A stretch of DNA of 64,000 bases from NCBI GenBank assembly GCA_047495785.1, contig JBLDXI010000075.1:1-64000 (forward strand), given 5' to 3'. The position numbers were made by a program, and so were the translations under genes. Below, piece after piece: positions 37,503 to 47,500 of this stretch; position 1 is the stretch's first letter; the number at the start of each line of letters is the position of its first letter. The notes under the pieces were generated by a model. That model had not been told where the DNA came from, ran no database searches, and saw nothing but the letters and a program-made list of their open reading frames with translations. The stretch comes from Lepidodermella squamata. Taxonomy: Eukaryota > Animalia > Gastrotricha.

Positions 37503-39150
37503 TTGCCGTGCGACTTAAGAATTCGAGAATTCGACTTACTTGCCGAAACTTTCTCCGAAGTTCTGAAAGGCCCACCAGCTACGTCGACCAAGCCAGAAGA
37601 TGTCAAATTCTGGAATGAAACAGATGCTGCAATGGCCAGTGATGAAACGATGAAACCTTTTCCGACAGTGCCCCGAAATCAGTCTATAAAAGTTCCAAAA
37701 TGGGCGGTAAAGCAAATGCTCAGGCAGCTGAAATGGAAGGCCCCTGGTCATGACAATGTCTCAAATATCTTGCTCAAGAAAGGCGGCTCAGCTCTGGTAG
37801 GCCATCTAAGGTATCTCTACAAAGTGAGTTTGAACTCCGGGTATGTACCCCGTGCTTGGAAAATCGCGATTATAGTGCCCATACTCAAAGAGGGGAAGGA
37901 TTCACGTTTGCCAGACTCTTACCGACCGGTGTCCCTTCTGCCATCACTCGGCAAAGGGCTCGAAGTAATCGTAGCGAAATTTCTCTATCGTTTTCTCGAA
38001 ATAAACAAATTGCTTCCATCCCACCAGTATGGTTTCAGGTCTCTTAGGTCAACCATCGACCCTGTGTTCCGGTTCATCAGCGACATCGGTCTAGCCATAT
38101 CAAAACGGCAAAAGCTGGTCGCTATTCTCTTGGATTTCAAGGCTGCATTTGATGTTATATGGCATAACGGCTTGCGGCTAAAACTAAAACAATCAGGTTT
38201 GCCGATTCCATTGGTAAGATGGATTTCGGACTTCTTAAGAGAACGCTCGTTTCAAGTAAGGGTTGGCAGCAGTCTAAGTGCAAGCAGAGATATTTTTTGC
38301 GGCGTACCGCAGGGGTCGCCTTTCGCCTTTATCACCTCTACTTTTTATCTTTTATGCCATGGACATTCAGCCAAAAGGTTCCTCGCCGCAAGACGCCACC
38401 AGATCTGTCGCAAAAGGCACATTTGCTGACGACTCCCTAATCTGTGCCTTCGGCTCCTCGATTGCAGCCAGCGTCGCGAGGCTAAGAAAGCGCCTACGCT
38501 CAATCGAAGTGTGGTGCAACAAATGGCGGCTTCGCTTAAGCCCGGGAAAGTGTGAAGTGATCGTCTTCGGTAGATATGGCAACTCGCCTCCTGAAGTACG
38601 CTTTGAGCTATATGTCCAGCCCCTGCCTCAGGTCAACCGCGCACGCTACCTCGGGATTTACCTCACACCCCAGCTAAGTTGGAATTACCATCTTGAAATA
38701 ATTGCCTCAAAACTGAAGCCTCCCTTGGCGCCCTCTACGCCCTGGCCAAGCGGCATGTTTTGCCTAAAAACCTTTGTGTGCTCTTTTATAAAACAGTCCT
38801 GGAGTCCTTGGTTGCCTATGGAGCCCCTGCCCTTCGTTGCCTTGCGCCCTCCTCGGTTGGAAAACTGTTGGAAATCCAAGCCCACTGCCTTCGAGCCTTG
38901 TTTGATCTGCCCTTCGAAACGGAAGTAATTGACGTCATCGCTTACGCCGGAGTCGACTCCATTGAGGATGTCTTCCTTGGTGCCTTCAAACGATATGGCG
39001 AACGCTGCTTAGCAGCAGGTCTAGATACGGCGGACTACATCAACTACGTCTGCGGTATCCGCCGAACGTCAGAAGACGCTCGCAAAGTACTAGCCGATAA
39101 GTGCCCAGCTTGGCCGAGAGCGCCGTAACAGGCGGTGGTAGTAAAATAAA
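37503..39150 (+). mobile_element. 5'-truncated, frameshifted non-LTR retrotransposon (jockey/I-like reverse transcriptase)
   Basis: Motifs KAPGHD, YRPVSLL, QYGFR, LDFKAAFD, GVPQGS, LSPLLF, FADD and YLGI, split over three frames. Confidence 0.9.
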
Positions 39151-39200
39151 ATCAGGAATATGCCAACCTTTTCGAAGCTGGAAAAATGCTGCACGAGTTT

Positions 39201-39253
39201 CCCGCGACCTTCTCCGTGTGAAGGAGACGTGATAACCACTACACTACGGAACC
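39201..39253 (-). pseudogene. tRNA-Val(CAC) truncated at the T-loop
   Basis: First 53 nt intact; the 3' end is replaced by sequence adjoining the LINE 3' end. Confidence 0.85.
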
Positions 39254-39397
39254 TAGATGCTAAATAGTGTTGGCGTCAAACACTAGTTTAAATGCAGGAT
39301 CATCTGCCAAGCGATAGAAAAATCACACTACGGAACCTGTGTGATAGCAGAGCCACTCTAAAAGAAACTTGCGTCGTCCTCAAGGCCATAGTAAAAG

Positions 39398-39469
39398 TTC
39401 CCTGACCGGGAATCGAACCCGGGCCGCCGCGGTGAGAACGCGGAATCCTAACCACTAGACCATCAGGGA
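39398..39469 (-). tRNA. tRNA-Glu(CTC)
   Basis: Body as in the Glu(TTC) copies, loop TT-CTC-AC. Confidence 0.9.
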
Positions 39470-39539
39470 GGTTGAAGATGTAATATAATTGAGACGGGAC
39501 TATCCTTGAGAATTAGGTCCCCGTTGATAAAAATGAAGC

Positions 39540-39613
39540 TGCCCCCTGTGAGGATCGAACTCACGACCTCCAGATTATGAGACTGGCGCTCTAGCCAACT
39601 GAGCCAAGGAGGC
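39540..39613 (-). tRNA. tRNA-Met(CAT), elongator
   Basis: Same sequence as 16017-16090. Confidence 0.93.
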
Positions 39614-39722
39614 GCTTGTGGTCCCTCTTGACTCTATTCTTATCGCTGAAGCGAAAATAGAATGGCTGACGTTGGAAGAAGACGGTGATTGACGAGCCAG
39701 TATGTTTAGACTAATTATCATT

Positions 39723-39800
39723 GGCGAACCAGATGGGGCATGTGTATCGAACCTACAATTCCTGGCTTCAAGGCCGACGCCATTCATCATTAGGCTGGGG
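39723..39800 (-). pseudogene. Decayed tRNA-Arg(CCG)
   Basis: Reverse complement GCCTAATG..GGCGTCGGCC..AGCC..ATTGTAGGTTCGA..CCCATCTGG aligns with 56001-56072, with indels. Confidence 0.6.
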
Positions 39801-40073
39801 CAATCTTTCTCCCTTAGTCATGTTCAAAGGTTTCTTGCTTATTCTTTAACAGTGGCTACCTGGATCTTTCCAGTCAATCAGCTTGACGGCAAGCAGTTTG
39901 CCAACTCAAGACGCGAACTGCATTAAAAAACCCGCAAAATTAGAGAATCTTGGAAAACGAAAGCGACTGGTTTCGAGCAAACTGGTGAATGTATCACGGA
40001 TGTTGAAATAAAAAATTCCTCCCTAAAGTACTGCCGAGCACGCACGCTATGAATATATAGAGAAATCCGAAGC

Positions 40074-41834
40074 ATGAGCTCCAGGAACGCGTTAGTCATA
40101 CTCGCTATTACAGGTTTGCTTTCGTTATAAATCTGTTTTGGATATAAAGCTTTTCTGACATTTTTTACAGCTTGCATGCGCTACATTGCTGGCGACATCG
40201 GGGACGACGATGAAATCGCAGATTCATACAAACCACTCACAAACACCACCGTAACTGGGGTCATGGCTAATTACACTCTCGATTTCTATCCATTGGTCGA
40301 GACAGAAGAACTTACTAAAGCAAGCCTACTAGCTGTTGGTTGGCCACTAAGCAAATTTTATGGTCCATTCGACTTCCCGCCGAGGCTAAACCAGCCCAAA
40401 ACTGACAAAACACCTGTTGCAAAAGTTCGGCTTTCGAGCCAAGCGAAATCCCTGTCACTGTTCTACTTCATTAACGCGCCTGAGACAAACTCAAATACTG
40501 CTAAAATGCTACTTGACTTCGGCGTGAGCTCAGTACAAGTTAAGAATGGCACGCTGTTCGCGCTGCTTGGTAGAGGGGTGACGATTTATTTATCGAGGAT
40601 TGTTTCAAACGGATGGAACTTCGTAGTCTTCAAAATTTACGATGGAATGATGGATAAGCTGGACAGCCGTGTGAGTATTTACCAAGACACTGCTTGTTTG
40701 ACGAGTTACAACAGCAAGTTCCTTTACTTGTCAGAAGAAAACGTGGCACTGATTCACTGCAACTGCCGAACATTGGGGAAGTGCGATTTGAAAAGAGGTT
40801 ACATAGGTCCAGCACCCGATCAACTGATTGGATTCTGGCCGCTCAACGGAGAAAATCTCGCGAACGAATTTGCTTACAAAGAGGAGCCTTTTTACATCAA
40901 CCCCGCTGTTCAAGTGACTTTGGATGAGCCTGGTCCTAATGGGAAAGGTTCTACTTCAATCTCAGTGGAAAGAAGCATTACGGGCGCCATTTTATCATTC
41001 TGTCTTGCTGGACGCGTGGACTTATCCATGGGCTACACTTTGAGCTTCTTCTACCGCATAATGGCTCATCGGGGGCTTAGTTCGTTGAAGATCTCATTTG
41101 TAGCCCCGGTAGCCAACTCGTCGCTAGAGTTTACATACTACAGCGAAATCGGAAAGATGGATTTCGCACTGAGTTCACCGCAAGGGGTTGAAAATGGGTC
41201 TGCAGCCGTTCCAATACCAGGCACTGAATGGATTTTTTTCGCCATCGTTCACGACTCTCAGCGCTTTGGGCTGTACAGCCAATTCAGCGTAGGAAAGTTA
41301 AAGTACATGGAAGAAGGAAATCCTGTTCATATTGACTTTCCAACAAATTCCGAAATATTAATGACGATTTCAGGGCAATTTATTCCCGGCGATTTAGTAT
41401 CATGCGTTCAGTTGCACAACACGGTACTCGTCAAAACAGAAGTTGAATTACTAACATGTGTTTGCCGTGAAAATGGGCTATGTAAAGAAGCCGCAGACCT
41501 GAATCGCCCGGTTGAGGATAATTATGATATCAAGCAGAGGAAAAGAGAACTTGGTATGAATGTTAAACGGCCAAACTCAGCGGCGAGCTGTTCTCACGCC
41601 ATTGCGCCAATGCCTGGGGGAGAAATCGTGGCTACGACAAGATTCCAGCAAATCACTATCACACCGCTTTCTGAAGTTAGTAATACCATGGGATTAACCT
41701 CAACTGAGTCCAATCCTCTGACGATTCCGCAGGAAACAACCGCGGGAAACTACGCTACGGCTCAGAAGGGTTCCAAATACGTCACATCTGCTGGTATCTT
41801 AACTCTGATTCTTAGAAGATTTGTCTCAGAGTAA
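40074..41834 (+). CDS. Secreted or surface protein with two LamG/pentraxin-like (ConA jelly-roll) domains and a Ser/Thr-rich tail
   Basis: Exon 40074-40113 splices in frame across intron 40114-40170 to give signal peptide MSSRNALVILAITACMRYIAG. Motifs VGWPL, LIGFWPLNG, GWNFVVF, EWIFFAIVHD, VSCVQLHNTVL. Weakly hydrophobic C-terminus. Confidence 0.7.
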
Positions 41835-42571
41835 AATATGAAACCAACAATTTCAGAATAACGAAAGGAAATCGCAATTACCTAAATCTTTGACTCCCGA
41901 CCACCCAATTGATCCAAATATCTACATTTCGTCATTTTAAAGCCACCGACGTTGCTTTTTCCAAATTCAAGCCCAGATCTGGAGAAACAATTCAAAAATG
42001 TAAAGAAAACAGCAAAGTTAAAGCAATAAGCAGATGTCCACTCTTAATAGCTTAGAACAAAAGCATCTGTGCCATGACGATTTCTGGCTTCAGCCTGTCT
42101 CGATCTGGCATTGGGCTGCCTAGGCAGCTGAAAAGCTCCTCAGCTTCGGATGAGTCACAAAGCTTTGGGCAAGGCAGTGCAAAAAAGCGGGGGTGAATTA
42201 ATTGTAAGTGATAAGTATTTAGGGGCGGGTCGGAGGAAATGACCCCTACCCAACTGACAAAAGTAAAAAGACAACCGAAATGACTCACATTGATTGATTG
42301 ACCCATTTAGCCCACCCATTCTCATGTCTGGCAAGACATCAATTATAGCACCTTAGTTATGTTTGCACTAGCATATTGTATATATGAGCACCGCTGTCCA
42401 TGATAAGCAGTACCGGAGATACTGATTAGCCCAGTATTAGACATGTATGAAATGGTATAAGTTGGTATACAAGTGGATCTAATTATGATAGTTATTCATC
42501 GCTCAATGCGGTCTGCGATCAAGCAGAATTTGTATATGTAACAGACATTTTGCGACCTGTTCATCGTAATA

Positions 42572-44447
42572 ATGAATGTGACCGCCCGTCGCTTACTATC
42601 ATTCAAACCGTTACCATGGTTTATATGCTTCGTTCTGATTATCTACATCGCCATCCGCGACTGCTCGGTCTCCCATCAATCAGCACAGAGAGTTCCCTTG
42701 GAAATGTATTCCACCCTAGCGAATATGACGACTTCGGATGTGCCTCGAGGCAATGAGGAAATGGAAACTTTCAAGAGGCTCATCAAATCGAGTTCTAGCG
42801 CAATGGCGAGACTGAGGGAAGTGTGGAAAATATCCTCAGAGGTTATATTCAAAATCGAAAAGCAGTTCAAAATATCACATTGTCTATACAAAGAATCCCT
42901 ACTCGGCTATTTACGTCATAACAAGCGAATTATGCCGTAAGGGAGAATCAATTTGGATAACTTGAATTTCATAGATTCCTTTTAGGTGGCACGATACAAT
43001 CAAAGTTGCTGTGTTCAACCACGATGTGACTACAGTGGCGCAAGTATTGAGAATAGCAGCTCATTTTGAACAAGCGATCAAGGGTTTGGACGGATATGGC
43101 TGCCACTATGACTCTGATACTTACAGGATACGAATCTTTGGCACGTTGCCCGGTAATTCTGAGCCAATCGAGGGCGAGAAGTGGCGCTGGCCTTATGTGG
43201 AAATTCAAGTTTTCAGAGATCATTTCACAGATTCTGGCCGTTTGCGAGAGATTGAGAACCCGTCGACCCCGGATTACTGGGTAAGACAATGTTGCCTACT
43301 ATTGATTAAAACCAGCTGTTTTGTTTTAGTATTCCGCAGATCTGATATATCCTCTCGAAGAGGTCGTTTTCGAAGGATCACGAGCTAAGGTGCCGAAGCA
43401 GATAATGGATGTAGTAGTGCTAGACTTTAATCCTAAATGGTGTGAAACCGCGATTCTCGTGTCAAGAAACAACACTCATATCGAAAGATACGATTACGCA
43501 TTGGTGAAATGCGAAGAGATGGAAAGCTTCGTGGAATTCAGCCTTGATTTCAAAGAAGTGGACAGGTACTACAGCTCACGAGTTAATCGTTCATGCGATA
43601 CGCACCCGGACGATCCAGCTCTGTGTTTCTTCGAGCCCCAGGTAACCGAGAGGCAGAAAATCGAAATAGCCAGCCTTTTTCGAGCTTGCTACGAGGCCGT
43701 TAAAAGCATTGAAGAGGACGCAGATCATCTCTTATATTCTGGATCTCTGATCGGCTTCTGGAGACACGGTGGTCACATGATTCCGTAAGAATCCTTTCTT
43801 AATTCCTGTCAGATGTATCGCTATTTTTCATCATCAGGTGGGACGACGATCACGACATAGCGGTGATCCCGCGATCGAACCCAGCAAAATCCGACGACTA
43901 CTACGCCCAAAAAATGATAGATGCTATGAAAACATATGACGGGAAATACTCCATGTATTTCGATGATTCAAGTTCGAAGATGAAGTGTTATTTGAATGAC
44001 GAGAATTCGTTAGCTGTTCCTGCACTTCGTTCCTACCGCGTTCCATGGCGGTGGCCGTTTGTTGATATCAACATTATGGAGACGCGTTTCTCGAATAGGA
44101 CCGGTAAGCTGCTCAAAGTCAGTGAGAAAGGCGGTTTTGATAATTTTAAGGTAAGTTTTTACTCTCTAACTGGCAATTTAATTGATTTTTCCCGTTTTTT
44201 CCGCCAGTATATGGCTAAATGGATTTTCCCAACGGTAAAGGCGATATTCGAAGGCATTGAAGTTAATGTCCCGAATGACATGGAGTCATTTTTGGGACAG
44301 ACTTACACGATCGAAGATTGTGTGGCACCATACTACAGCCATCGTATCGAATATGCGGTCGACCACGGAGACCTCGATAACAATCATGGATTTCTCAGTA
44401 GACCTTGTTCTGACTTGATACATATGTATAACCTTACAAACATATAG
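42572..44447 (+). CDS. Tandem LicD/fukutin-family protein C
   Basis: Exons 42572-42936, 42986-43280, 43330-43784, 43838-44150, 44208-44447. TM WFICFVLIIYIAI. Motifs ESLLGYLRH..MPWHDT, GSLIGFWRH..IPWDDDHDI and WPFVDI. Ends YNLTNI. Confidence 0.88.
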
Positions 44448-44586
44448 AGCTTTAACCCCGTTGAATGTGCAGCTATATCCAATCTGGTATATTTTTCATT
44501 TCAAAAGAAGCGAACAATCACTGGAAACAGACAATAAAATGTATCGTGACTTTCAATGTATTTTGAGATCGATAATAAGAGAGACA

Positions 44587-47500
44587 TCACAGATTAGTTT
44601 CAATTTCATTTTCGCCAACTCCACCTATTGCATCGCCACTGCTGCTGGCCGGGGAAGTTGCAATGTAAGTCGTGGTCGTTGCGAAAGAAACGCTTCTCGT
44701 CATTAAAGCCTGGTGACTGCCAGCTCCAGAACTGCCGTGACCTTCACGCTTGACTAAACACCCGCTACTACTGGTGGCTGTGCTGTTCGCGGATCCGTTG
44801 CCTGCCTTCGTCCTGTAACCGCCATTGCCATTCAACTGCCCGCTACCGTATGTCGCCTCTCCGTTTTCACCTCCAGATTTCGAAACCACAGATAGGGATT
44901 GAGGCTTGCGGGAAACATTATGGTGATGGCTTTGAGAAGCTCGATGGTGCACGCCGTTGCTATTGTGAGACGGGCTTATTTCTTGCGGATAATTGTGCGG
45001 TGAATGTGCGTGACAGTGACTATTTTTCAAGCTCGGACGACTCTTCAACAAAGGTTCGGAATCTTCTTCATCATCGTGTTTTTGGGCTCCGTTCGGGACA
45101 TAGCCTGTTGTGCTGATTGAGTGCAAAATTGAAGGAGGTGATGGCAAGGCTCTGTGATAAAAAATGAAAGGTGTCAAAAATAAACAGATTGGATTTCAAG
45201 GGGTAAATCTTCCATCTCGATGTCGAAAGACTCAGATTCTTTCAGTTGACAGTAAGAATCTCGTTGTCTTAGATTCAAAACAAATATTCGAAACCAAGCA
45301 ACATTTTAGGAAAAGTCTGACTTACGGTTTGCTAGGAGTCATAATTTGCTTTGTCGGAGTAGATTTCACAGATTTCAAAGGGATATTAGGATTGCCAACT
45401 ATGGGTGACTTGAAATTGACAACTGGCGAGTCAGCTGGATTATCGGGGCCAAAAGTCGTCTCTCGCTTTAGAGGTGTCCCAGTGAATAAATGGGCCCTAA
45501 AACCAAACGCTTTTAAATGCAGACATTGACTCGAAGAAAATCTTACTCGAAAACCCGAAGTTGATTTCTAGCCCGTCGCAATTGCGCCTTCAAAAATTCG
45601 TGCTGAAACTGGCAGGCATGGCTGGTACACGGCTTTTCCGACTGAAGCTTCCAAATCGCACCCGCAACGGTGTCTTTGAAGCTCAGAGATGCTCCCATGC
45701 TCTGGAAAAGAAAGTTAATTATTAATTGGCTAGAGATTGCAAAGCGATGATATATTAAGTGCAAAAACCAAAATCTTGTGAGTTCTGAAAAGTGAGGTTC
45801 TGGGTGTTTGCTGAACTAGAATCGTGAGTAACACAAATTATATTTAGGTTACGCCTTACCCGTTGTCTCATTTTGAGACGGTGAGATAAATCCTAAATTC
45901 GATCATGGGAGGGTTTATTTCCGACAAAATTCGGACCTCAGAAAAATGACTTACAAGTGAAATTAATCCGCATAGACCGCATTTGTCTACTTTGCGAAGT
46001 TGCCGCCTTCCATATCTCACGTAAAGGTGTTCGAATAGCAGGAAGAATGAGCAAGCTACCAGGCCAACGACCAACATGATGAAAGCTGAGGTGAAATTGA
46101 GAATCCCCAGCTCTTGGCTTTGGGTCGACTCCTGTTTTTGCCTTTCTTTGCAAGCTCCGGTTAACCAAAATTCTTGCAGTTGCTGTAGATACCCAGTATG
46201 TTGGTAGTCTATTATGAATTTGTTGATGACTGGTAGCCATTTCGAGCCTTTGGGGAAGGCGATTCCGTAACCAGTCATCGCATACCATTTACCAACAGTC
46301 CTTAACCGGCATTCCTTATCTCGTCCGGCTTTATATTCAAGGACGGTGGCGTCGTAGATGAAAGCATCAAGATCTCTGGATGTGTAGAGCATAGATTCAA
46401 GAACTTTCATCCTAAAAGGCATACCCTTTCTTAACAGCCCACATCCCATCATCGGCTGTGCTTCTGTTGTAAATCCGCATGTATTCATACATATCAGGAA
46501 AATTGTGCTTGATAATAGCTTCTGTTGCCCCAGAAGGAATTGTTGCAAATTTCCAGGGAGGGTTTTTCGAAAAAGGATTCTTCAAGCGGAGATCATCGAT
46601 TCCAGTAAAGTCGTAGAAGTCTTCTTTGGTAATCATGAAAGCAGCGAGCTGAAATGGACCAAGTCTCAAACTGGCATTTTCCGAATGGGTAAACTTACAT
46701 TGGCCATGTAGCTACTCATAAAAATGACGCAGAATACACCCCAGAAGCTAGCCATTAGCCGAGCGCCGATACCACGTGGAATATCGACCTTGACAGCGGC
46801 TTTGAACAACATGGCCCATACCAGCCAAAGTGATCGAAAAAGCGAGAACTTGTGAGCTGTATAAGCAGATAAGTAACAAAGGAGTGACAACTGTTTGACC
46901 CAGATTAGAACTCAAAGCTAGAAGCTAAAATGAAAGAAATTTGTCTCACTACCAGACCAGACATGGGGGATGAGTTGAGGAAAATAAAACCGAGAATTTG
47001 GATTTATCGAGTTGAACCAAACAAACCTCTCATCACTATCATTCCGTTGCGAAGCATCAACATTTTAGTAATTTTTCATCAAGTGAAAAAACTTCACATT
47101 AAAGCTGATGATGAGTGTTAACATACTGATCGCTGAAGCTTGACCACGATCTAGTCCACGGGGGCTGAAATACTCGAACAAAAAGCATGATATGGCGCTG
47201 GCGTTGACGCATCCTATCAGTACAACCACCCAGGCACCAATTGAGAATGGCTCCAAGAATGCAACTGGAGAGATTACTCCTTCCCTGACTCGAACAAGAA
47301 TCGTAATTCCTACAATAAAGAAGTAGTTTTGAAATCACACATAAGTCATGAAGAGTTTACCAGTCTCAAGGAAGGGAATCGAGAAGTCAATAGCAGTACT
47401 TCGCTCCTTTGAAATTTTCAGAGATGTAACAACCATATCGGCATGGCCTTCCAGCAAAGCTTCGACTAATCCGTTCCACTTGCCAGTGTTTCGATCGATC

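Noticed and set aside
44436-44447. TNI terminus as a PDZ-binding motif
   Set aside because: Type II topology would place it in the lumen, away from PDZ proteins; an internal TNL counterpart suggests a structural role.
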